From NCBI GenBank assembly GCA_018714325.1, contig DVNN01000250.1, positions 1 through 47,707 of the forward strand: DNA of 47,707 nt, in the 5' to 3' direction. How positions within the stretch are numbered: position 1 is the first letter of the stretch; each line of letters begins with the position of its first letter. This document shows, one piece after another, positions 29,456-38,734 of the stretch. Position numbers and translations under genes: made by a program. The notes under the pieces are model-generated. The model searched no databases. It saw nothing but the letters and a program-made list of their open reading frames with translations, and was not told the origin of the DNA. The stretch is from Candidatus Pelethocola excrementipullorum (GTDB lineage: Bacteria > Bacillota > Clostridia > Lachnospirales > Lachnospiraceae).

Positions 29456-30178
29456 GTGGAACAGGTGAAAGCAAAGATGGTTCTGAAGGCAAAGATATTA
29501 AGTGCCGGCATTCTGATTTTTCTGGTGGTCTTGTGCAGCCTCTTAATTGGGGAAGTGAAAAAGAGTGAAAAGGATTATGAGATTCTGGCCTTGAATAGTG
29601 AGGGGGAGATTACGGAAGACTTTATTCAGCAAGTGGCAAAGCTGGAGGGTGTAAACTGTGTTTCCGGTGTTATGGGGGTGCCGGTACAGCTTAAAATAAA
29701 TGGATATGAAAGAGACGTGATTCTAAAGGGAATTGATTTAGATACATACCCGTTACATATAAAGGATTGTGAGGAGAACTTGCAACTGGGAAGCCAGATA
29801 CCTTTATTCTTAGGGGGCGGGAGTCTGGATGGATTCCTTGATCATAACGGACAGGCAATCACTGAAAAAGTAAAAAAGGACTTATTACATAGAGGCATTG
29901 GAATGGAGATTGAGATTAGGGAAGTGGACCCAGGTACGGACCCAGAGTCGCCGTCAAATTCGGTCTTCACCAAAAGAGCCGGGATCTGGGCAGCGGTTAT
30001 CCGGGGAAATGCGGATGAGATTTATATCTCTATGGAAGATGGTAAAAAATTGGTGGAAAACTTGGGATTAGAGGGACAGGTAAATGAAGTCTATATTATG
30101 ATAAGAGGAAAAACAAATTATCAGGATGTAAAACGTAGTTTAGAAACCAGTGGATTGACAGTAAATAAAATTGGTTAA
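29456..30178 (+). CDS. Membrane-anchored protein resembling the MacB-type extracytoplasmic domain, with no C-terminal FtsX helices
   Basis: One N-terminal TM, ITEDFIQQVAKLEGVNCVS, LKGID, IYISME..VYIM..DVKRSL; ends without further TMs. Confidence 0.55.
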   Translation: MEQVKAKMVLKAKILSAGILIFLVVLCSLLIGEVKKSEKDYEILALNSEGEITEDFIQQVAKLEGVNCVSGVMGVPVQLKINGYERDVILKGIDLDTYPLHIKDCEENLQLGSQIPLFLGGGSLDGFLDHNGQAITEKVKKDLLHRGIGMEIEIREVDPGTDPESPSNSVFTKRAGIWAAVIRGNADEIYISMEDGKKLVENLGLEGQVNEVYIMIRGKTNYQDVKRSLETSGLTVNKIG

Positions 30179-30202
30179 GATGATTTTGAGGATTTTGCAG
30201 CC

Positions 30203-30231
30203 TTGACAGCCTTATATTCCTATGATAAAGT
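30203..30231 (+). promoter_or_regulatory. sigma-A promoter of the ABC-F leader
   Basis: TTGACA-17 nt-TAAAGT with an extended TG. Confidence 0.65.
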
Positions 30232-30329
30232 AAGAGCAATTAAGGCTATTCAGATCTTTTAAGAAAACAATGTTCTATGAATCAAGACTGAGTAGTTGAA
30301 ATAATTCAAATAGGTAAAGGAGAGAGAGT

Positions 30330-30353
30330 ATGATTATTTTTTCTTGCAGATAA
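30330..30353 (+). CDS. Putative leader peptide MIIFSCR (uORF)
   Basis: AAAGGAG RBS, then ATG ATT ATT TTT TCT TGC AGA TAA, inside the ~350-nt leader of an ARE ABC-F gene. Confidence 0.6.
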   Translation: MIIFSCR

Positions 30354-30526
30354 GATGAACTTAAAACAGCATGCATAAGAAAGTTATGCTTTTTTGTCAT
30401 GCGCTGCAGGAATTATACATGCTTTCTTTATGACATAGACGGTTGCGTATCGGTTGAACTCTCTTTTTCGATGAATCCAGAATAGGGATTGGAGATTAAA
30501 AGGTGCGCATCTTGTACGAGGTTAGT

Positions 30527-30560
30527 ACCGCAGAAGGTGTATACTTTCTGCGGTTTTTGT
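30527..30560 (+). terminator. Attenuator terminator directly before the ABC-F RBS
   Basis: ACCGCAGAAGG-TGTATA-CTTTCTGCGGT followed by TTTTGT. Confidence 0.8.
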
Positions 30561-30580
30561 ATGTTTAAAGGAGGACGTTT

Positions 30581-32059
30581 ATGTCACTAATCAGTGTGCA
30601 GGATTTGACTTTTTATTATGAGGGAAGCGATGATCTCATCTTTGACCAGGTATCATTTCAGATTGATACGGACTGGAGATTAGGATTTATAGGTAGGAAT
30701 GGAAGAGGAAAGACCACATTTTTAAATTTACTGTTGGGCAAGTATGAATATCGTGGAACTATCAGTTCCGGCGAAGTCTTTGATTATTTCCCTTATCCGG
30801 TGAAGGACCGGCACAGGGACACCATAGATATCATAGAGGAGACGGATCCCTCCTATGAGCTATGGAAAGTCTGCCGGGAATTGAACTTGATGGAGATGGA
30901 CTGTGATGCACTTTACCGCCCGTTCTCCACCTTGAGCAATGGAGAGCAGACGAAAGTTCTACTGTCGGTGCTATTTGCCAAGGACCATCATTTTTTACTG
31001 ATTGACGAGCCCACCAACCATCTGGACATGGAGAGCAGAAAGAAGCTGATGGAGTACCTGAATCAGAAGAAGGGATTTATACTGGTATCCCATGACAGAG
31101 ATTTTCTGGATGGTTGTATTGACCATGTGCTTTCCATCAATAAGAGCAGTATCACCATAACCAAAGGGAATTTCTCCACCTGGTGGGAGGAAAAAGAAAA
31201 CCAGGATCATTTTGAACTGGCTCAAAATGAGAAGCTGAAGAAGGATATCAAGAAGCTGGAAAAGGCTGCAGCAACAGCTGAAAACTGGTCTGATAAGTTA
31301 GAGAAGACCAAGAAGGGAACCAGAATCGCAGGGCTCAGGCCGGATAGAGGGCATATCGGCCATAAGGCCGCCAAGATGATGAAGCGCTCTAAGAATCTGG
31401 AATATCGAGCGGAGGCGGCACTTGAAGAGAAGACTTCTCTTCTAAAAAACCTGGAGACCGTGGATGACCTGAAAATCATGCCATTGCGGCACCATAAAGA
31501 GGTATTGGTGCGGATGGAGGATGTGGAGATAAGCTACGATCAGCGCAAGGTTTTGGAGAAGTTTAATCTGGAATTAAAGAATGGGGACAGGATTGCCCTC
31601 CAGGGCAGCAATGGCTGTGGAAAATCCAGTATCTTGAAGATGATTCTGGGGATAAATAAGAATTACAGCGGGTTGATGGAACTGGCTTCAGGGCTGGTGA
31701 TATCCTATGTACCTCAGGATACCTCCGAGCTTTCCGGCACATTAAATGAATTTGCCGAAACATGGGGGGTGGATGAGACTTTGTTCAAGACCATCTTGAG
31801 AAAGCTGGATTTTGCCAGGTCTCAATTTGACAAGCGGATGGAGGAATTCAGTGAAGGCCAGAAGAAGAAGGTGTTGATTGCCCGTAGTTTAAGCCAACAG
31901 GCCCATCTCTATGTCTGGGATGAACCGCTGAATTATATTGATGTATTCTCAAGGATGCAGATTGAGCAGTTGATTCTAAAGTTTAAGCCTTCCATGCTGC
32001 TTGTGGAGCATGACGGCAGATTCATCAGGGATGTGGCCACAAAGGTTATATATATGTGA
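30581..32059 (+). CDS. Lsa/CplR-like ABC-F ribosomal protection protein
   Basis: Two NBDs (GRNGRGKTT, GSNGCGKSS), no TMs. IDTDWRLGFIG, DYFPY, AAKMMKRSK linker and YVWDEPLNYID recall the Lsa family. 492 aa. Confidence 0.88.
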   Translation: MSLISVQDLTFYYEGSDDLIFDQVSFQIDTDWRLGFIGRNGRGKTTFLNLLLGKYEYRGTISSGEVFDYFPYPVKDRHRDTIDIIEETDPSYELWKVCRELNLMEMDCDALYRPFSTLSNGEQTKVLLSVLFAKDHHFLLIDEPTNHLDMESRKKLMEYLNQKKGFILVSHDRDFLDGCIDHVLSINKSSITITKGNFSTWWEEKENQDHFELAQNEKLKKDIKKLEKAAATAENWSDKLEKTKKGTRIAGLRPDRGHIGHKAAKMMKRSKNLEYRAEAALEEKTSLLKNLETVDDLKIMPLRHHKEVLVRMEDVEISYDQRKVLEKFNLELKNGDRIALQGSNGCGKSSILKMILGINKNYSGLMELASGLVISYVPQDTSELSGTLNEFAETWGVDETLFKTILRKLDFARSQFDKRMEEFSEGQKKKVLIARSLSQQAHLYVWDEPLNYIDVFSRMQIEQLILKFKPSMLLVEHDGRFIRDVATKVIYM

Positions 32060-32064
32060 TTTCA

Positions 32065-32132
32065 TCTTAAGAAAATCTTAGGCTTTTCTTTCGGGAATTC
32101 GGCTTGACATAAGGTTGTCCCGGCTATATACT
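32065..32132 (+). promoter_or_regulatory. Three 11-bp-period direct repeats plus sigma-A promoter
   Basis: TCTTAAG (32065), TCTTAGG (32076), TCTTTCG (32087), then TTGACA-17-TATACT (32104-32132). Confidence 0.6.
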
Positions 32133-32192
32133 GAGGTCAGTTGAACAAATGGCCGGTTTGGCCGTGTTTTTGAAAGGAATGGGATATCACCA

Positions 32193-32699
32193 TTGGAGCA
32201 GAAAAGAAAGATTAAACTTTCAAATGAAGAAGAATTTATCGAGATTGTAAAAGAAGTCTGCCGGGAATCTTCTTTTCCGGAGACCGAACAATATATTCAA
32301 CATGGTGTCACTTCTGTTTATCGTCATAGCCTTGCGGTGGCTTATTATAGCTGCTGGCTGGCAGAACGTTTTCAAATTAAGGTGCGTAAAAGAGAATTAA
32401 TCAGGGGAGCGTTGCTTCACGATTATTTTCTGTATGACTGGCATGATAAGACGGAAGGAAGGCATTTTCACGGGTTTACACATCCGGGCTGCGCATTGCG
32501 TAATGCGGCCAGGGATTTTAACCTGACACGGGTGGAGAAAGATATTATTAGGAAGCATATGTTTCCGCTGACATTGATACCCCCCATGTACCGGGAAGGG
32601 TTTTTAGTCTGCATCGCCGATAAGGTGTGCTCTACCTATGAGACAATTAACAGGAAAAAAGTGAATTGGTTATTGTATCATATGAATTGGAATTATTAA
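32193..32699 (+). CDS. HD domain phosphohydrolase
   Basis: YIQHG..VYRHS, GALLHDYFLYDWH, HGFTHP, KHMFP, IADK. Confidence 0.9.
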   Translation: MEQKRKIKLSNEEEFIEIVKEVCRESSFPETEQYIQHGVTSVYRHSLAVAYYSCWLAERFQIKVRKRELIRGALLHDYFLYDWHDKTEGRHFHGFTHPGCALRNAARDFNLTRVEKDIIRKHMFPLTLIPPMYREGFLVCIADKVCSTYETINRKKVNWLLYHMNWNY

Positions 32700-32712
32700 T
32701 TAGGATATAAAG

Positions 32713-32760
32713 AAGAATCCCACGGCATATATTCACATGTATGCTGTGGGTTTTTTTTAT
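32713..32760 (+). terminator. Intrinsic terminator
   Basis: CCCACGGCATATAT / ATGTATGCTGTGGG followed by T8. Confidence 0.8.
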
Positions 32761-32857
32761 TGTGTCATCTTCCCCTTTGGATATAATTCACACTGTCTAT
32801 TTGTGTCGAATTGTGGTAAAATATTATACTGACTATAAGATAGACAAGGAGAGTGGA

Positions 32858-33817
32858 ATGAAGAAACGTACGAAGATAATACTGACGATCCTTTGCATAT
32901 TGGTGGTTTTACTCTGTGCAGGAGGATTATTTGCAGGTAATATGCTCTATAATCTGGCGTTGAACCCGAATTCAGATAAATCAACTGTTTTTAAGGCAGA
33001 TCATAATAGTATGACTGATGTGAAGATGCCAGATGAAGAAGAGCGTGAAAAGGCGAAGGAGTGGTATGCTTTGGCAGATGTTCAGGATGACACGATGGTC
33101 AGCCGGGACAACTTAAAGCTACATGGCCTAAGAGTGGAACAAGAGGGGAATCTTTGGGCTATTATCTGCCATGGGTATGGTGGTGAAGCTGCTCAGAATA
33201 CAACTTCCGCCTATCGCTTTTACCAACAAGGATATAACATACTGATGCCTGATGCCCGCGGTCATGGAGATAGTGAAGGTGATTACATAGGCATGGGATG
33301 GGACGATAGACTGGATATCGTGGACTGGATACAGAGAATTCTGGAGGAAGATCCCGAGGCGGAAATCGTTTTGTATGGGGTTTCTATGGGAGCGGCCACG
33401 GTTATGATGGTTTCCGGAGAAGAGTTACCGGATAATGTGAAGGTTATTGTGGAGGATTGCGGATATACCTCTGTCTGGGGTGAGTTTTCCTATCAGTTAA
33501 AGATGATATTTGGAATTCCATCATTTCCGGCTATGAATTTTTCTTCTCTTGTGACCAAGGTGCGGGCAGGCTGGTGGCTAGGTGAAGGCAGTGCCGTGAA
33601 ACAGGTAGAGAAGAGTAAGACACCGATGTTATTTATTCACGGAGATGCAGATACCTTTGTACCTTTCTTTATGCTGGATGAGGTTTATGATGCGGCCAAT
33701 GTGGAAAAGGAAAAACTGCTTGTGGAAGGGGCTGGACATGGCGGCTCCGCAGGTATACTGGGAGACGAGTATTGGAATACGGTATTTAGTTTTATAGATA
33801 AGTATGTGGAACGCTGA
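32858..33817 (+). CDS. Membrane-anchored alpha/beta hydrolase (YqkD-like)
   Basis: HGY, DARGHGDSEG, GVSMG nucleophile elbow, IHGDADTFVP, GAGH. ATG 32858 after AAGGAG. Confidence 0.9.
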   Translation: MKKRTKIILTILCILVVLLCAGGLFAGNMLYNLALNPNSDKSTVFKADHNSMTDVKMPDEEEREKAKEWYALADVQDDTMVSRDNLKLHGLRVEQEGNLWAIICHGYGGEAAQNTTSAYRFYQQGYNILMPDARGHGDSEGDYIGMGWDDRLDIVDWIQRILEEDPEAEIVLYGVSMGAATVMMVSGEELPDNVKVIVEDCGYTSVWGEFSYQLKMIFGIPSFPAMNFSSLVTKVRAGWWLGEGSAVKQVEKSKTPMLFIHGDADTFVPFFMLDEVYDAANVEKEKLLVEGAGHGGSAGILGDEYWNTVFSFIDKYVER

Positions 33818-33837
33818 ATAAAGTAAAGAATAATATA

Positions 33838-33890
33838 GAAAACCAACTGTTATGCAAGTTAAACTTAATGGCATAGCAGTTGGTTTTTTT
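33838..33890 (+). terminator. Intrinsic terminator
   Basis: AAAACCAACTGTTATGC / GCATAGCAGTTGGTTTTTTT. Confidence 0.8.
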
Positions 33891-34016
33891 GTGCCAATAT
33901 TCGATCCACGTTACCTGGATTTTACAAAGCAGTATTGTAGAGTTTCTGTAAAAATAAGGTTATTCCTATCAAATCGTTAAAAGTACGTAAAAAACCTATG
34001 CTTTAGCTCATGGTTT

Positions 34017-34083
34017 TTTACGCCTTTTTAACAAAAAATTGAAATAGATTTCGTTGAATTGTCAGTAAAATTAAAGCTATAAT
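34017..34083 (+). promoter_or_regulatory. Pho-box-like repeats and promoter of the phosphonate operon
   Basis: TTTACG, TTAACA, TTGAAA at 11-bp period (34017, 34028, 34039), then TTGAAT-18-TATAAT. Confidence 0.5.
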
Positions 34084-34159
34084 GAGGATGTTTCAGATGG
34101 AAATGAAGTGAAATCCGATTAGACCGGCGTGTAATAACGCATTTATAAAGGAGAATGAT

Positions 34160-34942
34160 ATGTTGAAATTGGAAGATATAAGGAAAAGTTATGATGGTGT
34201 CCAGGTTTTGAATGGAATCTCTCTGGACATTGAAGAAGGCGAGATTGTATCCATCCTGGGTCCATCGGGATGTGGAAAAACCACTCTTTTGAATCTTATA
34301 CTGGGGATTGTGAATGCCGACAGCGGGAAAATAGAATTCGACGGAGAGGACATTACCAATCTTGCGATGGAAAAAAGGGGATTTAATATCGTGTTTCAGG
34401 ACTATGCTTTGTTCCCCAATTTAAATGTATATAAGAATATTACTTATGGCTTGAGAAATTGGCCGGAAATAGCCACTGAGGCGGAGGTAGAGGAACTGAT
34501 TGAACTTTTGAATCTAAAGGAACACCTGAATAAGAGGATTGAACAACTTTCCGGAGGCCAGAAGCAACGGGTGGCGCTGGCCAGAACGCTGGTGATGAAG
34601 CCGAAGATCCTGCTGATGGATGAACCTTTAAGTGCTCTTGACGGGGTGATTAAGGAATCCATAAAGGAGCGTATTAAGGCCATTGCCAAAGAATACAATC
34701 TGACTACCATCATAGTCACACATGATCCAGAGGAGGCGCTGACCATGTCCGACAGGGTTCTGATTATCAATGAGGGTTCTATCTCCCAGTATGCAAGGCC
34801 GGATGAAATTGTTGGAAGTCCGAAAAATAATTTTGTGAAAAGCTTTATCTTAAACCAGTTGGAAATTAAAAGGAACAATATCTTTTCACTGTTTTCTTTG
34901 GAACATGGAGGACCTCTTTCCGATGAGGTTCCGGTGGCTTAG
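34160..34942 (+). CDS. ABC transporter ATP-binding subunit (2-aminoethylphosphonate uptake by context)
   Basis: GPSGCGKTT, VFQDYALFP, LSGGQKQRVALAR, LMDEP, VTHD. Confidence 0.9.
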   Translation: MLKLEDIRKSYDGVQVLNGISLDIEEGEIVSILGPSGCGKTTLLNLILGIVNADSGKIEFDGEDITNLAMEKRGFNIVFQDYALFPNLNVYKNITYGLRNWPEIATEAEVEELIELLNLKEHLNKRIEQLSGGQKQRVALARTLVMKPKILLMDEPLSALDGVIKESIKERIKAIAKEYNLTTIIVTHDPEEALTMSDRVLIINEGSISQYARPDEIVGSPKNNFVKSFILNQLEIKRNNIFSLFSLEHGGPLSDEVPVA

Positions 34943-34954
34943 GATGGGAGAAGA

Positions 34955-37606
34955 TTGATGATTCATAATAAAAAGAACAGAGAAGTAAAAGTGATTTTTC
35001 TGATACTTCTGGTGATCTTCCTAACTTTTTTGGTTCTGCCCTTGGTCAGGATTTTGGGTAAATCCTTTGTGGGTGAAGGCGGAGTTACCTTGGAGAACTA
35101 CAGGAGTATCTTAGGTGAAAAAGGCTTTTTAAGGGTTTTGGGTAACAGTTTTCTGGTGGCGGGTGCCAGCGCACTGCTCACCACCATGATTGCATTTTTC
35201 CTGGCATTTACCATTCATTATACAAGGGTGCCGAAAGGATGTAAGCAGGTGATATTAAAGGGCGCAAAGCTCCCCATGCTGCTTCCTACCATCACCTATG
35301 GATTTGCGATCATCTACTCTTTTGGGAAGCAGGGGCTTTTGACCCGGCTGTTTGGCAGACAGATTTTTGATATCTATGGATTCTCCGGTCTGTTGATGGG
35401 TTATGTAATCTATACGTTGCCGACGGCATTTATGCTGATTCAAAACACGATGCAGTATATCGATAAAAGGTTTATGGTCGTGTCCAGAGTTATGGGCGAT
35501 CCTCCATATAAAACCTTTCTAGTGACGGTGATCAGGCCGCTGACAGGCACGCTGGCATCCTCCTTTATCCAAACATTCTTCCTGAGTTTTACGGACTTTG
35601 GAATTCCGGCATCCGTGGGCGGAGAATATAAGACAATTGCCAGCCTTTTGTACGCCACCATGCTGGGAAGTGTGCCAGATTTCGGAAAAGGCGCGGTGGT
35701 GGCATTTGTGATGTTGGTGCCTTCGGTGGTCAGTATCTTGGTTCTGCGGAAACTGGAGAAGTACAACGTCCGCTATAGCAAGATAACCCCGGCGGAAATA
35801 GACAGGAGCAGAGTGAGGGATGGAATCTGCCTGGTTTTCAGCACAGTTGTCATAGTATCCGTATTATCCATCTTTCTGGTGATCTTTATAATTCCGTTTG
35901 TGAAAAGCTGGCCATATGATACCGGATTTACGATGGAACATATTCGAGAGGTGTTCGGTGATGAAGGACTTGTATCCGTATACATAAATTCCATCGTGAT
36001 CGCCCTGCTGACAGCTATTTTCGGCACATTGGCCGCATATGGAGGCGCCCTGTTGACGGCCAGAAGCACAATCGGCAAAAAGCTGAAGGGTGTGGTGGAA
36101 GGTATCGCGCTAGTGACCAACACCATACCTGGTATGGTTCTGGGGCTGGCCTATCTATTCAGCTTTTCCGGCACTCCGATACATAACACCATGATGATTC
36201 TGATCATTTGTAATATGGTTCATTACTTTTCCACGCCATATCTGATGATGAAGAATTCCCTGGAGAAGATGAATGATTCTTGGGAGACCACGGCGATGCT
36301 GATGGGGGATAACTGGATAAAGACGATTATCCGCATCGTGACCCCCAATGCGGTCACGACCATACTGGAAGTGCTCAGTTATTATTTTATAAATGCAATG
36401 GTGACCATAAGCGCCGTAATTTTCATCTACGGTGCCCGGACCATGGTGATCACCACGAAGATGAAGGAATTGCAGTATTATAACAAATATAATGAAATCT
36501 TCGTATTGTCCATACTCATACTGGTTACGAATCTGGCCAGTAAGGGGATTCTACAGCTTTATCAGAGAAGAGATAGACGAAAAAAGGAGGGATTAGAGAG
36601 AATGAACCCATTATTGAAACATGCAAAAAAATCAGCCGCACTACTATTTGGCGGTGTACTTATGGCAGGAGTGGTGTTGGGAGCAGTCGGATGTGGCAAG
36701 GGGGAGAATGAAAAAGTGGTGATTTACTCCAACGCTGACGATGAGGCCGTTACTGCCATGAAAAATGCCTTGGATGAGAATGGATTTAAAGATCAATATA
36801 TCATGCAGACTTTCGGTACTTCCGAATTGGGAGGGAAACTACTGGCGGAAGGGAAAGAGATTGAGGCGGATCTGGTGACTATGAGTACCTTCTATGTGGA
36901 AAGCGCTCAGCAAGAAAAACAGATGTTTCAGGATCTGACCTTTGATACAAAGACTCTGGATGAATACCCTTCCTACTGTACGCCTATCACCGCCCAGGAG
37001 GGTACGATAATCCTTAATACGGAGTTGATGGCCGAAAACAATCTCACCATGCCAACGTCCATAAAGGATCTTGGGAATGATGAATATAAGGATATGATTT
37101 CTGTCACGGACATTAAGTCCTCTTCCACGGCCTGGCTTCTTATCCAGGGATTAATCTCGGAATATGGGGAAGATGGGGCAAAAGAGGCATTGACCAATAT
37201 TTATCAGAATGCAGGCCCCCATATTGAAGAATCCGGTTCCGGACCTCTGAAAAAGGTGAGGGCAGGGGAAGTGGCCATTGGATTTGGTCTTCGCCAGCAG
37301 GCGGTTGCCGATAAAGCAGAGGGGCTGCCCATTGATTTTGTGGATCCGTCAGAAGGAAGTTTTTCACTGACCGAGTCGGCTGCAGTGGTGGATAAGGGTG
37401 AGAAAACCAACCCGAAGGCCATGGAGATGGTAGCGTGCATCGTTAAGAATGCCAGAGCAGAGCTGCAGGAGTATTATCCTCTTGCGCTTTATCAGGGAGA
37501 ACGTTCAGACAGTGGTAATAAATCCGACAATCCAAGGGTTTTCAAAGAGAAACTTACCGTGGATCTTTTAAAGCAACATCAGGAATTATCAGAATCTAGT
37601 AAATAA
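34955..37606 (+). CDS. ABC permease (two membrane halves) fused to a substrate-binding domain, probable AEP transporter
   Basis: ~540 aa multi-TM region with two EAA-like loops, continuing in frame into an AfuA-like binding domain (GTSEL..KL.AEG, SSSTAW, SGSGP). Upstream of phnW-phnX. Confidence 0.85.
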   Translation: MMIHNKKNREVKVIFLILLVIFLTFLVLPLVRILGKSFVGEGGVTLENYRSILGEKGFLRVLGNSFLVAGASALLTTMIAFFLAFTIHYTRVPKGCKQVILKGAKLPMLLPTITYGFAIIYSFGKQGLLTRLFGRQIFDIYGFSGLLMGYVIYTLPTAFMLIQNTMQYIDKRFMVVSRVMGDPPYKTFLVTVIRPLTGTLASSFIQTFFLSFTDFGIPASVGGEYKTIASLLYATMLGSVPDFGKGAVVAFVMLVPSVVSILVLRKLEKYNVRYSKITPAEIDRSRVRDGICLVFSTVVIVSVLSIFLVIFIIPFVKSWPYDTGFTMEHIREVFGDEGLVSVYINSIVIALLTAIFGTLAAYGGALLTARSTIGKKLKGVVEGIALVTNTIPGMVLGLAYLFSFSGTPIHNTMMILIICNMVHYFSTPYLMMKNSLEKMNDSWETTAMLMGDNWIKTIIRIVTPNAVTTILEVLSYYFINAMVTISAVIFIYGARTMVITTKMKELQYYNKYNEIFVLSILILVTNLASKGILQLYQRRDRRKKEGLERMNPLLKHAKKSAALLFGGVLMAGVVLGAVGCGKGENEKVVIYSNADDEAVTAMKNALDENGFKDQYIMQTFGTSELGGKLLAEGKEIEADLVTMSTFYVESAQQEKQMFQDLTFDTKTLDEYPSYCTPITAQEGTIILNTELMAENNLTMPTSIKDLGNDEYKDMISVTDIKSSSTAWLLIQGLISEYGEDGAKEALTNIYQNAGPHIEESGSGPLKKVRAGEVAIGFGLRQQAVADKAEGLPIDFVDPSEGSFSLTESAAVVDKGEKTNPKAMEMVACIVKNARAELQEYYPLALYQGERSDSGNKSDNPRVFKEKLTVDLLKQHQELSESSK

Positions 37607-37630
37607 AAGAAATAAAGGGAGAGAACGTAG

Positions 37631-38734
37631 ATGAAGAACTATAAATTATTAACACCGGGACCTTTGACTACATCGGAGCGTGTAAAAAAGGAGATGATGT
37701 TTGACCATTGTACCTGGGACGATGAATATAAGCAGATCACCCAGAAAATCAGAAAGCAGCTGCTGGAGCTGGCACACGTATCAGAAGATGAGTATACTGC
37801 AGTTTTAATGCAGGGAAGCGGCACCTTTGGTGTGGAGTCGGTACTCTCCAGCGTAGTTGGAAAAAAGGACAAATTATTGATTATTTCCAATGGAGCTTAT
37901 GGGGAAAGAATGGAGGATATTGCCAGGCATAACGGAATCTCTTATAGTATTTATCGTGAACATTATAATAAGGTGCCGGACGCCCAGAAGATAAAAGCCT
38001 GGATGCAGGCGGATAAAGGAATTACACATGTGGCCATGGTACATGGGGAAACCACATCCGGAATTCTAAATGACATCAAGGCAGTGGCCGATGTTGTAAA
38101 GGCCGGGGATGGAGTGTTTATCGTGGATGCCATGAGTACATTTGGGGGAGTGGATATCCCTGTGCAGGATTGGGGAATAGATTTTCTGATCAGCAGCGCC
38201 AATAAGTGTATTCAAGGAGTTCCGGGATTTTCATTTATCATCGGTAGACGTGACTTGGTGATAGAGAGTGTGGGCAAGGCAAGAAGCTTGTCTTTGGATT
38301 TATATGATCAATGGAAAACCATGGAGGTGGATGGAAAGTGGAGGTTTACTTCCCCGACCCATGTGGTGCTGGCCTTTTCCAAGGCGTTGGATGAGATGCT
38401 GGAAGAAGGAGGAATCCCGGCCAGATACCGCCGTTATCGGAAGAACAATCGTCTGCTGATTGAAAAGATGGGTGAGATGGGTATGAAGACCTATATAGAC
38501 GGAAACCATCAGGGACCGATTATCACCACCTTCTTCTATCCGGAGAATGCCGGTTTTACATTTGCAGAGATGTACCAATATATAAAGGATAGAGGATATG
38601 CGATATATCCGGGGAAAGTAACGGAGGCGGATACATTTCGCATAGGAAATATTGGAGAGATCTATCCGGAGGATATTAAAAAACTATGTGATATTATGAA
38701 AGAATTTCTGGAGGTTAAAAATGGGCAGATTTGA
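37631..38734 (+). CDS. phnW: 2-aminoethylphosphonate--pyruvate transaminase
   Basis: LLTPGPLTTS, MQGSGTFGVE, HGETTSGILN, VDAMSTFG, SSANKCIQGVPG, WRFTSPTH, IYPGK. Confidence 0.96.
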   Translation: MKNYKLLTPGPLTTSERVKKEMMFDHCTWDDEYKQITQKIRKQLLELAHVSEDEYTAVLMQGSGTFGVESVLSSVVGKKDKLLIISNGAYGERMEDIARHNGISYSIYREHYNKVPDAQKIKAWMQADKGITHVAMVHGETTSGILNDIKAVADVVKAGDGVFIVDAMSTFGGVDIPVQDWGIDFLISSANKCIQGVPGFSFIIGRRDLVIESVGKARSLSLDLYDQWKTMEVDGKWRFTSPTHVVLAFSKALDEMLEEGGIPARYRRYRKNNRLLIEKMGEMGMKTYIDGNHQGPIITTFFYPENAGFTFAEMYQYIKDRGYAIYPGKVTEADTFRIGNIGEIYPEDIKKLCDIMKEFLEVKNGQI

